Shown in pieces: positions 37,871 to 51,890 of a stretch of 64,000 nucleotides of DNA (position 1 is the first letter of the stretch; every line of letters starts with the position of its first letter). This stretch comes from Camelus ferus. Lineage: Eukaryota. The position numbers and the translations under genes were made by a program. Below the pieces are notes generated by a model, which saw only the letters and a program-made list of their open reading frames with translations, did not search any database and was not told the origin of the DNA. The stretch is taken from contig NC_045732.1 in the NCBI RefSeq assembly GCF_009834535.1, positions 17,360,001 through 17,424,000 of the forward strand. The letters run 5' to 3'.

Positions 37871-40280
37871 GTGGGAAATCTAGATGTTTGAATACTCTGA
37901 AAAAAAGTTTTCAGGGCTTTTTACTATAAAATGGAAACAGCAGGCACAGCATTCATTTCATTTTGCCATTCTTTTGAACTAGTTGATTTGATAGCTTAAA
38001 TTTTAGAGGTTGCTTGCCACTTTGAAAAACTTTCCTCATTTGTTTACGTTCCACAAAGAAAACTAATGTCTGAGATTATTGCCACATTCCCTATGTTATC
38101 TTAAGTGGGAGTGTGACTAGTAATGAATACAAGAGCAAATGATTGACTGGATTTGTATGAATGGTTACACCAAAATCTTTGGTTTGGGCTTTAAATATCT
38201 ACTCCCAAAATGAAGTTTAAATCTCAATATATAACATGCCATTTTATAAATTTTCAGGCCTCTCTCATTTTCAAATATTGTGAGAAAAGGCTCTAATTGA
38301 ATATATTACAAATTTTTGGTTTCTTCTTGCTTAAATATTCTAATAGTTTATTTGGAATTATTTATCTGAAATTAACAAAGAAGATCATAGAATTGTAAAG
38401 TGCACATATCAAACAGGCTGGATTAGAAACAAACCAGAAAGTTTGGTGCTTTTATTTGTTTAACACTACAAAAGTGTAATTAATAGTCTGTAGAAACTAC
38501 TTTTTATCTATTTGATTTATTTTTATTCTGAATCAGAAAAATATTGTAATAGGAAAGAACCAATTATGACTAATTGAATTGTTTTTGATGTTTTAATTTT
38601 TAAATACATATTTTAAATAAGTGCATTTTATCTCATAATTTAATTTAAAATCATGTATTGTGAAGTGTTTATGATATTTTATAAAAGGATAAACCTGTAA
38701 TATTCTAGGTGTTATGTCATAATTCATGCATTGCTTTGGTTTTGCTTATTAGCTATTTAATTGGATTGCTTTCCTTGAGTTTTGATTAATTTTTATTATT
38801 GGCAAATATGAGCATGAAAACCAAATTCTAAATTCATTTCTTCTTTAAATGCTGCACCTCTGAATATACCCAGCTAAGAGCACATTTTATAAAGAAACGT
38901 CAGAATTTTGACAAACCAAGTGTTTTTGATTTATAGAGTATTTCCAAAAGGGACAATAGAACTAAGTTCAAAGGTCGATTTTCCTGAAAACCATTTTCCT
39001 ACTTATCCCATTTCATATTAATTCTGTGGTCGTTGCTTTGGAAGTCAATATTTGAAATAAAATCCTATGAGTAACAAGCCGAGAATCAGCTTTCAATGGG
39101 ACTGCTCACTTGCACATTTATTCACTGAGCCATTCATTCAATAACTTTTGAGTCTGAACTACATGCAAAACACTAACTACCACATGCTTTGAAAACTTCA
39201 GAGATGAAACAGATCTGGGTGCTACCACCAAAAATTTCAGTGGAGAGAGATGTTACATAAATTCTTATATAATAGTATATAATATTTGATAGAAATAATT
39301 AAGTAGTTAATAGTTAACTAACATTAGGAAGTACAGATAAAACACTACAGGTTTCCAACAAAAGTAGAAATGATTTCCTATTAAGCTATTTATGGAAAGC
39401 TTCATAGAGAAGGTCCAGAGATGGAAAATTGTTTCAAGTTTATGAGCATCTTGTTTAATAGTAGCCATTATTCATCATTTCATAGAAATAATTAAAAAGG
39501 AAGAAAAGTGCAAAGAGTAATAAAATAAACACCCATGTTGCCATTGCTACTTTAAGTGACCACATAGGAAGAGCAATAATTTCCACACATAGCTTTTTTT
39601 CTGATTCTTCTGGGGATGTCACCCTTTGGAAATCACATTTCTCACAATTCTAAAGAATGAATAAATGAGGAGAATATCAAGTATAGCAAAGCATGGCCAT
39701 GTTTTTGAGATCTACCCAGTACTTAAAGACCTGAGTACAGTACATTTTAAAGACTTATAAAGGGGAAATGGGTGAATATAATTTAAGACTCTAACATGAA
39801 TGAACTTTACTGACTTCTGTCTCCCTCTCCCTTTAACTCCCCACTTCAATGAACCCTGATACTCTTTCATGAATTTTAACTCCATAGACCATTTATATCA
39901 GATCAATTACTTAACAGCTCCACAATTATCTTAACAGTGAGAATCTTGGCTTTTTCTGGATGTAAAACATTCCCTATTATTTCAGACTAAAATGATTTTC
40001 CCTCCTTGATGTTCCCATGGAACTTTATATGTCTTAAACAGTTCCTTCGCATATTTATGTTTTATCAACCCACTCCCACACTAAATCTGAAAGGGAAGGG
40101 AGGTACATTACTTTATATATTTATAATATATAAAATATATATATACACAAAGAGGTCATCCTTTTCTCCAGAATGAGGAAATAAGGACCAAGAAAGAAAG
40201 GAAAATGCAGGTCAGTTATGAAGATTATTGCTTCCAAAATTCCAATTTTCCAATTGTAGTAGAACTTGAGGGTGGGAACA

Positions 40281-40400
40281 TTTTTTAAAATTGAAGTATA
40301 GCTGATTTACAATATTGTGTTAGTTTCAGGCGTACGGCACAGTTATTTAGGGGTTTTTTGCAGATTATATTTTATTATAGGTTATTACAAGATATTGGGA
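40281..40400 (-). mobile_element. Very short L1 3' tail
   Basis: ttttttaaaattgaagtatagctgatttacaatattgtgttagtttcagg. Flanked by the near-direct repeat agggtgggaac / agggatgggaac. Confidence 0.8.
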
Positions 40401-42464
40401 AGGGATGGGAACTTTTGAGGGACCATCCAGTGGTCATAGTGGCTAGCAAAGATGATTTTTAGCTGAGCTGAGGAGAGAAATAAAAGAAAGATAATAGGAA
40501 ACTTGTAACAGCAAAGCGGCTAGGAAGACTACAGTTCTTACTGCAGTTTATTAGCAATGTATCAATGAGAAATTTTATATAGTAGGTAGAAACAAAGGGT
40601 GATTAGGATATGTGACTGTATCTGAAATAGTGATAGGCTCCCTGTAAATGCCAAAAAACAAATTAGAATAATAAACATGCTGATGATGATGACAATGATG
40701 TTGAAAATAATAATAATGGTGATTAATAAGAAGACAAAAGGGCAAATTTTGACCACAAGAATAAAAGAGCCAAATACGGGCTGTTGTGATAAAGGGAATG
40801 GCTTTTCTAGAAGTCTTATTAAATATTAGCACACTTTTGTTTTCCTTGCTGCCATGTGTTGGCAAGGGAAAAGAAATGTATATGCATAATTTTTCTTATT
40901 GGAAGGAATTTTTCCTGCATACTTTCCAGTCAGTAAAATATTTCCTGTCTACTCCATAACCCTGGTGGGCTCAGAAAGATGTCATAATGGGCATATATAC
41001 AAGAAGGTAGATGGATGTAAGTTAGAAAAGGGAACCAGAAATGATTCAGACTTAGACTCTGTAACTGAGAGCCATTCTTAGAAACTATAGGAAAAAAATA
41101 GCTTTTCTGATGCGCTGAAGCACAAGTGTATAAACAAAGTCATGAGTCAGAGTTGTCAATTGCATTCTATCTATGAGATCCATAGAGACTTGGGTCAGAT
41201 CTCGTCAAAACATAAGTTTTCAAAATCCCCAGTTCAGATAAAAACACAAGCTCTATCCATTCACAATCACCTGTTTTTGAAACCATGGTAAATGCTGATT
41301 CTATGTCAACAGAGAAGCTTCTTTTCCCACTTGGGTGATTTGTCTCATTGTCAGTTGATTTATCACAGTGTTATTCCATCATCCTAACAGATATTCCTTT
41401 GTCAGTATTACTGTATCTTGAAAATGCCACTTTAAACATTAAGCTTTTAAAGAAGCCAAATGAAATGCTCAAACCTGGGCAAAATGCATTAGTTCTGATT
41501 CTCTCTCTTTGAAACAAAACCTTTATCAATTTTAATGAAATTTTCTTTGAAAATAAAATTAACTTAAAGTTATATCCTAAGTTTCATCTCAATGTGAATA
41601 AATACATTTCACCAGAACATTCATTTTGGGATAAGATCTGGAATAGATAATGCCAGGAGATAATTATTCACTCCACTTCTTTGGGCATGCCCTGCACACT
41701 GATTTTTTTCCCATGTCTGGAGACCTAAATTTGAAAGTGTGATGTGTGACATTAAAACCTACATTTGCATGCAATATGGTTTCCTTTATTTTCCAGAGTT
41801 ATCAGTTCAAAAGGTGTTTCGGATATAAGTAAGAAACAGATCCACTTCCCAAAAAACTAGAGGTCTTCAGGTTTCTCCCCTTGGAAATTTTCTTATATGT
41901 AGCCAAGTGGAGCTGAAGCTCACATATTGTGCTTACCAAGCCCTGCAGGCGGTGACTTGAGCACAGATGTCCAGCAGGGACACTTGGAAAGAGTGATTCT
42001 CCCAGTTGGTGATAATGCAGCCCTAGCTTGATCATTTCTTTGATCACCCTGGTAGATGTGGGCATCAGATACTACTATGGATTCTGAGAAAAGGAGTAGA
42101 ATGCTTGCAAGTATCAGAAGAATTTTTTTTTCAGACGTATTTGACTTGAGTGCAGAAAGTAGCAAAAACTTTCAGGCACCTCAAAGGGTACAGTCATTTT
42201 AGAACAAGACAATAGGAGATAAAAGGGGGAAAATGGTTATTGAAAGGAAAGGCCGGGTGTAACAAAGAGAAATCTATATATGACAGTTTTGTTCAGGGAT
42301 GATGTTGATGCAGATTGTTGAACATCCAAAATCCACTGGCTGTGTCACAATTTATTTCAGGGATTTGAGGTAACGTCAAGAAGGAGGCATCTACAGCATT
42401 CTAACACATTCTGGCAAAGTGCATTCCAAAGGATAAGTTCATTTAGTGGAATACATCTTCCATT

Positions 42465-42640
42465 CCATGGTGGTAGTAAAGTGGGAGGGGCCCTGTACTT
42501 GGATCCAGAAAACCCAGATTCACGTCCTGGTTCAGCTACTTTTGAGAAAAGATGTCTTCACCTCTCCATGACTCAGGTTTTCTTCTGACTTTGCCCACCT
42601 CACTTGGGCTGTTCTGGGCATCAAATGAAATACTTCTGAA
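42465..42640 (+). mobile_element. MIR remnant
   Basis: ccagaaaacccagattcacgtcctggttcagctact...ctcacttgggctgttctgggcatcaaatga. Confidence 0.6.
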
Positions 42641-45600
42641 TGATTTGCTTTCAACTATACTAAAATTATTAGAAACAATTTGAATTATTACTAGTCTCCC
42701 ATTTCTCTTTTATAACTGACCCCGACTACGTATTCTCAAAGCTTACCCTTCATGGTGACTGGGTCCTTATAATTGATTTTTTTTTAATGGAAAAAAAAAA
42801 CAAGTCAAAGAAGTTATAGCATCTTAGAGTCCTACCGCAGTAAGCAGGATGTAGATGTCATGTGTCTCAGCTGGTTCTCCTTTTATTAGTTCAGTGGGAA
42901 GATTTCCAACTTGAAGGGGTATTTCATATCCGTAAATATGAAACAAAGAGGGAGACATTTGTGGGAAGGAATTATCTTTATCCATTCAAATCCCATTCCT
43001 GATTATCTTCTTAGACTCATTTTTAAAAACGAACCAAGTAAAAGACATAGAATCAATTTCGTTTGGTCCTAGAAAGAAGGACCCTAAACTTAATGGAAGA
43101 CATATGACTTATTTCTAATGTATTTTCTTGTCCACTTAACTGCAGTTGCAAGGGTCACTGCACAAACCTGCTGAACTTATTTCCTATTTTAAAATACGTA
43201 TTTTAAAGAGAACATTTAGTCTCTACAACATGGCAGGTTAAGAGCACTGGAAATGGAAGCCCATAATTTAGTTTTTGAGAATGTATTGCTCCTTAGTTGA
43301 TTCTGGGTGACTTCACATCCCTAATTTTCATTATTGAAAGAGACTGAACATTTTATCCTGAATTCTAAAGTGCTTGCTGTTACTCCCCACCCTGAAGAAC
43401 AATTCAGTCCACTTTTGCTGATACTCTGAAACTTTATTTTTTAAAAAATAATGGCATAGATATCAGGGTATCTCAGTACTTAATGACTGGACATTATAAC
43501 GTGGCCAGTTGGGGCAATTGGGGCAATCAGGCTTAGAGTGAGAAAAATAGTTATTAGCTTGTTCTTAGTGGTGTTAGGTATTTTTCTTGGTGTGTTGGAT
43601 AAGACACGTTCGGGAAAGGATTTTAAAAATGAAAATATAGCTGATTAAGCCTCACAACAAAGTCTTTGGAAGCATTCTGGCTTCTCCTTGGAGTTAACAC
43701 CTGAGAGGCTGTCCTGACTGCAGCATGCGGCATTTTCTCATTGACTTCTTTCTTGAGAGGGCTACTCTGAACACTTGTGACTGATTGCAGACACTTTTAG
43801 CCATGTGAAGTCCACTAGAGGAAGGACATGAGCAAAAGGAATAGGTCTCTAACTGGTGTGAAAGATGTGTAAGAATGAAGTCCTTAGATTTCCCTTTTGG
43901 AGTCTAGTCTGGCTAGCAAACCAAGTGTGGTCACGGGGCAAGTACAAGAGTGAAACTGGACACTCTCTCTGACTCATGCCCCAGCTTACGCACCCACCAT
44001 TCCCCTATGAACATGACTACACCAAATGCTGGCTCTGGTTTATTAACATATCCATTCAAGAGGGAAAAATAAAACCCTGGATTGAGTCAAAATGTGGAAC
44101 CTCAATAGGCAATTATGAATGGGACTGGATAAGTCTTGCTTTCTATTTCTTCTTATTTTTTCTAATGGGGGGGTGGGTCATATTTTCTGGAGGGAGAAAT
44201 AAGATACACTTGCCTGAGTGCTGTCAAAGCAATAGAATAAATTTGTGGCAAGGGAACAGATATGCGAGCACAAAAAATAATAGATAAAGGTTTTACATCT
44301 TTATATGGGAGTCTAAGTGCACAGTTCCTTTGTTTATTCCTTTAATAAATAAGTAGTGAGCAATATCTATTGCTAGGCACCATGTTACTTGCTAAGTATA
44401 CAGTGGTAAACAGATATTTAAGCTTTTAAATGTCAGTTCTCACTTCAGTAAAAACTGGAATATAATTTGTAAGTTTAATGCTGTATCATCCAGGATCTTT
44501 GCAGGAAAGAAACGGCATGCTCCAACAGGGTGTGGGAGGGCTGGGAAAAAACCAGTCCCTAAAGGCAGACTGCAGTACTCTGGGACTATCAACTGTAGAC
44601 CTGAAGATGCAAGGGAGGCAGGGGCTGTCAGAACCTAGAGAAAGTGGCTCCACAGACAGGATACCTGATGAGATCTATGGAGCAACCGGGTCCATCTGTG
44701 CTATCCTTGCACGAAGGAAGCCGGGAAATATTCTGACCTCCCTCTCCTGCAGTCCATTTTCTTGTGGGAACCTCTCATTGGCCAAAGCCAACTAGAAATC
44801 GGAGGATACAGGAGCTCAATGTTGCAAACCCAGAATGTCATATTCTCAGGGAACAGGAAAGAGCATAAAAGAGGGTGTTTCCGGGGAGAAAATGGAAGAT
44901 AATCAGCACAAAGTCACCTTGTGAGCAAAGTCACCCCTCAACCTTCAGGTGGTTGAGCAGACAGCCCCAAAACTGATGATCAGTTTAGTAAGCCTTCCTT
45001 TATCAATTTTCAGACAGCAGGGAAGTAAGAAATGGGTATCATTTGGACATATTATCTCAATAGATAAATGATACCTCCAAAAGCAGAGAAGAGAGAGGAA
45101 GATAATGTAACGTGATACCTCTGTTTCCTAAACAGACAATGAAAGAGGTGCAACCAATGGACTGGGGTGTGTGTTGGGGGTGGGGGTAGGGAGGAGGGAG
45201 AGATCTCCATGTGGAATATGTGAAAATAATTAACACAGTTTCCTTTCTATCTGATTTAATTTGTTTGCTAATATTGTTGCGCTTGCCCCAGAGTAATCCC
45301 CTCCAGGCTCTCCATGCTGGGATGTGTTGTGGGCTTAGATCTGAGCACAAGACTTGATGCCAAGTCTTTTGGGACATTTCTGAGACACATTCTCTCCTCC
45401 GTGCTCTTCTGTTCTACACAGAGCTGAAGAAGGAGCGTTAGAAGAAGCGAAGGTTGGGTGGGGGTTGGAAGAGCATGAAGCCTGGGAGCAGAGTAGTGTA
45501 CGTTTTGAGGAAATGGCGAATCTGAGGACCAGCTGCTTGTTTCCCACACCTTGGTTGGTTTGATTGCTGCACGTGAAACACAGCTCCTCATCGTGGCAAT

Positions 45601-46399
45601 ACTGCTACTTTAGGGAAACCTCAGAACCGCTTTACCACATACTTTTTCTTTCATTTTTAAAACCCAAGTGTACATAGAATGTAATATAATCTATCTATCT
45701 TCTGATTTATTTACATTTAAATACTTCAAGATGTTTATTTCAAAGACCCAATTCATGTCCAACAAGGCAGCTGAGATTTCTTTTATCAGGCTTTCTCTTA
45801 GAAATAGCATTCTTTGTACTCCCCTGCCCAAATGTATTCAGAAAACAAGAGGTCTGTTTATTTTGCTTTGAACCTTAAAGTCTCTAAAAAGTGAATGGTA
45901 CACACATTTGGCAAACCACACTGTAACAACTCCAGTTAGATGATGTGATTCAGGATAATTTATAAATATACTGCAGTGTTCACAATGGATTTCTCCTAGT
46001 CTACTTTTTCCTTTGAATTAACTCTGGTTTTAGTACTTGAACACTGTATAGTGTATGCCAAGTCAAAGGACTTAGGATTTAATGCTAAACCAAATTAGCA
46101 ACCATACAGATGTCTTTCTCAGACCATGCTTTTCAGAACACTTGCTTCAGAGCCAACCGAGAGTCCTGTTAAGAAGGCACATACTTGGGCCCCACATTTC
46201 TCCAGCTCTACCTCTCCAGAATCACTGATGGGACCTTGGAACATTCACTTTAACAAATTCATTACTCCCTACAGTTTAAGAACTACAGGACTAGAATGAG
46301 AAATTTTTGCTCCTGAATCTGAAGAATCGTATCTTCCTTACATATTTTCCCCCAAATACTGTGTCAATACTGCCTTACCAAATAAAGTGGGGAGACATC

Positions 46400-46560
46400 A
46401 CACAAGAGAAAAAGACAGCTAAACTGAGACTCATGAGGCCTGGTTTTAACTACAGCGTTGCCACCTGTGACCTAGAGCAAGCCATTTAGCTGTTGAACCT
46501 CTCTGGGATTGATTCTTGTCGTCTCTAAAATAAAGGACTTGGACCAAGATGTTTCTGTGT
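46400..46560 (+). mobile_element. MIR remnant
   Basis: gttgccacctgtgacctagagcaagccatttagctgttgaacctctctgggattgattcttgtcgtctctaaaataaagg. Confidence 0.6.
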
Positions 46561-48291
46561 CACTTCTAACTTTGACAGTCCCTACTCTTCATAGTGTAAG
46601 TTAGTATCTTTGGGTATGTCCTTTTGTAAATTATTGACTCACCCACAGAAGAGCTTGGATGCATCTAATCTTCCTAGAGAATTGGTCTCTTAGAAATTAT
46701 TAATTCTATCCAGAATCTTTTGCAGTTGCTCATACCTTATTTCAACTCCCAATATTTCAAGGATGATCATTATTCTCTGGAAAGACTCTGGAAACTTACG
46801 AGGGGATTACTGAAGAAATCAGTCATTCACAATTTTTGTCTTGCTTTTGGTTCAGAGGTAACAAATTCAGGCACAAAAGCTGCTTCTAGGAAAAGCAGTT
46901 ACCCTGTTTCTTTAGTTCAGCATCTGGCCAAAGATGTTTCTCAAAACACTAGTCTCATGAAATGTTCTCAGATATAAGGTTTAAAGTATGAAATAAAAAC
47001 AGAAATTCTGCAAAACATCCTCTAAGAGAGTCTCGATATTCATTGTCATCTTAAACGATGTTGAGAAAACCTGCCGTAAAAATATACAAATAAATAAATA
47101 TTTTTAAAACTTTTTTTTTTTTTTACACCGGGGCTTTTCCTATACTTATCTGGTCATAGATTCCTTAAATGACTAACATTCTGGGGAGTTGGTGTTTTAT
47201 GGAATACACTTCAGAAAATGTGGTCTTGGTAAAATCCATAAATCTAAAAAAAAAATTTGCCATGAAAAGAAGTGATGATGATGGGAAAACTAAATATACA
47301 TAAAATACAATGAGCTCCTATAAAGACAATATTCCTTAGAGTGGGAAGGCCCCGGCATTCAGTAAATGTGGCTTTCATTTTGATACATGGTCAACATTAG
47401 CATTCTGATGCCACAAGAGAATTACTCTACAAGTTAGAATATTATTGCAGGCTATTTATCTCCTGCTTCATTTACATGAATAAATAAGCAAACAGTGGCA
47501 TTTTGGAAAAACAAACATTGAAGACAAAAGAAAAGACATGAGTCAATACAGCAAAATACTCTGATCTGATAATTACCTTCTGTTTTAATCTTTATGATTC
47601 CTGAATGCTGAGTGACAAATATAGACTTAAACAAGTGACCTTTAACCTTGAACTGAAGATATTTTTTAAGCAGAATATGACAACATTTCATGCTTGGATG
47701 GAAAACTTCTTTTTTAATTGCCATGTTCTCTTTCAGGCACTTTTCCAAGATGGATAAATCTTGTGGTTGTATAATTCCCATTCAACTGTTTGTTGAGAAT
47801 TTTTTTCCTATCACTTCCTTAAAATGAAATTGTAAAAAATTTTAATCCATACTAAAGAAAACTTCATTTGAAAACTGTAATTATGCAATATTTATCTTAA
47901 ATAATGTGTGAAGGTTTAATGTTAAGGTCTTCATTTATTAGTATTAAAATATATTCTAAGTTGCTCTGCTCAAAATTGATGTTTCCTACAGTGAGATATA
48001 TAAATTCCCAAGAAAAACTACTGAAAATTGTTTTCAATGAAGATGGATGCAGAAAGAGAAATGTCTTTGAAATACCACTAAATGTCTTGGGAAAAGAGTT
48101 ATCTATATATAAAACTTCTTTATTACTAGTTCTTCCCTCATGCTTTCTCTGAGTTTGTCAGATAAGCAAGCATGATTTTTCTTCTTCCTGTTTCTTACTC
48201 CAGGGTCTCAGTAAAATATAGAGCACAGAGTAGGGGGTTGGGAAATATTAAAGCTACCTTAGACTTAATGGCTCCTGATTTACATCATTGA

Positions 48292-48513
48292 CAGTTGACT
48301 CTTGAACAGTGTCGGGGTTGGGGCACCTACCCTCAGCAGCTGAAAATCCATGTATAAATTTACAGTCAGCCCTCTCGTGTTCACAGTTCTGATGGGTCGA
48401 TTCAATCAACCACTGAGAAAACTGTATAGTACTGGTAGGTATTTATTGAAAAAAAAAATTGGCTTATTAGTGGACCCACATAGTTCAAACCCACGTTGTT
48501 CAAGGGTCAACTG
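48292..48513. mobile_element. Tigger2-family MITE
   Basis: TIRs cagttgactcttgaaca and tgttcaagggtcaactg, with TA after the right TIR. Confidence 0.85.
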
Positions 48514-50594
48514 TATGTATCTCATACGGTAGTTGAAGACATACTGATGATGGAGCCATTACACATTCTGTATCAAACTAGTCCTTTATTTGAAACATTG
48601 CTTCAGGGTATCCACAGAGATGGCATTAGCATTGGTGATATTGCACTGTACAATGCACAGATAATGGAATACTGATTTTTAAGCTTTTCTGGTAACTGAG
48701 GGTTGGCAGTCTTAGATACACTGGGCCTTGAAGAGGAAGTGAGTGAAGATTAACTATAAAGAAGTGATTTCGTATGCACACGGTTTGCTTACTCTGCCTT
48801 CAGATTTCCTTTGCTATGGCCTGGTGCCTGACTCAGATCCCTGGCCATCACCTGCTTCCAGTATCACTGCTGCTCTTCTCATTTCTAGGAGGGAGACAGT
48901 GGCTTTATATTGGGGGATGGGGAGATGGCTCTGCTGAATCCTTAGTTATAGAAGTCATGGAATATGAACAAGGAGGTAACATTTTCTCCAACGTTCTGAG
49001 ATTTGCTTAAAAATGAAGTATGTAGCATCTTCCTAAAATATAAAAATTTAAGAAGAGATCAACTCTGTTTGAAAGGAAAAGTCACAGAGGCCCAGTGCCA
49101 TGCCTTGTGAACAGGAAACCTGGCACCAAATTTTCCATTTCTTTCAGGGGGATTTTTTTTTTTTTTATAGCTAAAATGCCACTCTGCTTGTTCTCTCTAA
49201 AATTCGAGGTCATAACTTTTGAGCAACAAGGTTGCTGTACTGTGAAGTATTTCTGTTCTCTGGAACATCCCTGTTTCATCTTTGGGAGTGAGTGACCACT
49301 CTGGCCAGTGGAGTGCTTGACCCGGTCCTTGCCAAATGAACCCTATGTTATCAGACATGTCTTCTCCAGCTCTGCAAAAACAGGGGGAATCACTCACAAT
49401 CTGGGATATGTATTCCTCCTATTTCCCCCAAGCACCTACATTTCCAATATTCACATTTGTTTATTGTGCACATACGCCTCATTTAAGCTCATCCTTTATT
49501 CAAATCTTCTGAGCAAATATTCCCACTTAAAACTCAGTAGGTGGCTTCCTGTTCCATAGAGCTCCTGATGCTGACCAAGTTTATAACGTGCACGGCTTTC
49601 AGCAAAGTGTACAAATTTGTGACTTGGGGCAAATATCCCAAAGCCCATTTAAGAAAGGATTTCCTCAGCAAGAGAATACACTTATCTCAGGGGAAAAATT
49701 CCACATTTCTACTTGTCAACCGGACTCTGCAAGTAGCATAATTGCACGCACGTTTTTTGTTTCCTGCCTACTTTTGAAACCGGGCTTGTGGGAGCCCCTG
49801 AGTGAAGAGTCTTCCATAGCACTCACTCACCCCAACTGAGTTCGTTTAAGAGACGTCAGTGTACAATTAACAGCAATATAGCTTGGGCCAAGGAATCTCT
49901 GTGGAGCTCAGTGACCACAGATTAACATGTGAAGCTTCCATGATTGAGTTATGAGTTCTTCACCATGTGGCCTTTCTTACTCTTCCATACATTGAAAGAG
50001 CATGATTATTATACATGAATCTGGAACTAGATGCTAATAATACATGCCATAATAAACTATGCACATGTAAAGTCTCAAGTGAGCAGGTATCCGCTTAGTG
50101 TCTAACTTCCCATATAAATGTCAGCATAAACTAGCCCCATCAGTGATAAAGCAAAGCAGCTGAGGGTATTAACAAGAAGTGTCCATCGGTGCCATCGTGC
50201 ACTATGCCACATAAATCGCAGAATAATGCCTTTGAAAAAAGTTACTGACTTCTGAGGGGGGATGTGGCAGGTGCAAAGAAGGCAGAGAAATCTAGAGAGG
50301 ATAATAAATAGATCCTTAAGGAAAGCTAAGATCAGAAATAAACTCCTATCCTTTTTTTTAGAAAATTCATAGTGCAGCTGCTCTGAGCTGCCTGATTGGC
50401 TATATCTTTATCTAAATTCACAGGAAAAGCAAGCTGAGCTGTCACCCAAGGGAGTAAAGAGCTCAAAATACTACTATCCTTGAATTTCTAGGCCCCTCAT
50501 GACTCTTGAAACTCTCCTGGGTCTTCTCATCACTTCCGGATAAAGTCCATACACCTGTACATGGTTTACAGTGGTTTTCATGGTTAGGTTTCTG

Positions 50595-50975
50595 ACTCTA
50601 TCTGTCCGAGTTTGGGTTTCTGAGAAGACGCTGTGTGCAAGTGATTTATTAAGGCTAAATGAGCAAGGGAGACATGGAAGGAAGTGATGAAATCAGACGA
50701 TAGGTAGAGAAGTAAGGGTGTGATCTCAAAGTCCAACAGCGGGTAAGTTCAATCTGATCGCACAGGGTAACTCTGGAGCGTAAGATACACTCCCCGAGTT
50801 GTCCTGGCTGGAGGCAAGACAGCTGACCTTTCACAGTCCCCTCTGTCACGTATTGGGTAAGGACGGCGCTCTGGGTGTATATGGGTGGGTGGGGAGAGTA
50901 AATTCCCACATGCTTCTCTCTTTTCTCGGGTGGGTCAAGTGAGCTCCAGTAGCTCCAGGACAGTCCTCTGTGCAA
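50595..50975 (-). mobile_element. Old ERVL-type LTR (LTR16/LTR33-like), reverse strand
   Basis: tgtccgagtttgggtttctgagaagacgctgtgtgcaagtgatttattaagg is the reverse of the usual ERVL-LTR 3' end. Confidence 0.55.
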
Positions 50976-51008
50976 AACCACATGTTCTGGCTACTGGAAG
51001 CAAAAGTA

Positions 51009-51429
51009 TGAAATTTTACCAATTGCAGAAACATGGAGGGACTTGGAGTGTGTTATGCTAACTGAAATAAGTCGGACCTAGAAAGACAAATACGCTACGA
51101 TCTCATTTACATGTGGAATCTTAAAAAATGCAACAAACTAGTGATTGTAACAAAAAAGAAGCAGACTCACAGGTCTAGAGAACAAACTACTGGTTACCAG
51201 TGGGGAGAAGGAAGGGGGGGAAGGGCAAGAAAGGGGTAGGGGATTAAGAGGTACAAACTATTATGCACAAAATAAATAAGCTACAAGGACATAGTGTACA
51301 GCATAAGGATTATAGCCAATATTTTATAATAACTTTAAATGGAGTGTAATCTATAAAAATTGTGGATCACTATATTGTACCCCTATAACTCATATACTGT
51401 AGTACGTCAACTATACTTCAGTTTTTAAA
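51009..51429 (+). mobile_element. L1 3' end
   Basis: atgctaactgaaataagtcggacctagaaagacaaatac...gtcaactatacttcagtttttaaaaaa. Short TSD aaaagta at 51002-51008 and 51430-51436. Confidence 0.85.
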
Positions 51430-51559
51430 AAAAGTACACTGAGGTGAGAGGCACAAAATGCTAAGTGGGATCCCAGGAACCTGGGGGGAGCATCAATATT
51501 ATCCTCTTCAACATCATCATTCCACATCTCTAGCCATACCCTCCCATTCTGTTCCAGCT

Positions 51560-51890
51560 GCAATACCCTGTTTCCTGTTCCTCAAACTTTTTATTCAGGT
51601 GCCTTGCCTTTTCATTTCCCTTCACCATGCTGCCTTTTCACCAACCTAATTCCTACCCATGCTACAGACTTCAGCATCATTATCATTTCCTCTAGAAAGC
51701 TCCTCTTAAACCACCAAGTCCATCCTCTTCTACATGTTCAGTCTATAATCTCTCTTGCGATTGGCTGTTTTCATGTCTCTTTTCCTCCTAGACCAGTCCC
51801 AGTAGGCCAGAGATTGGGCTTAGCTCATTCTTCACTATACTTCCAACACCTGACAGTAGGTAGGCAGCCAATAAACGCGTATCAACCAGA
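51560..51890 (+). mobile_element. L2 3' fragment
   Basis: catttcctctagaaagctcctctt...ttccaacacctgacagtaggtaggcagccaataaac. Confidence 0.55.

Noticed and set aside
12072-37929. ORFs containing X runs (12072-12393, 15006-15923, 34753-35202, 37639-37929)
   Set aside because: Artefacts of translating through N gaps.
36408-40865. Poly-Asp, poly-Ile and poly-His ORFs (36408-36635, 36420-36608, 40562-40865)
   Set aside because: Produced by CAT/GAT/AAT trinucleotide microsatellites.
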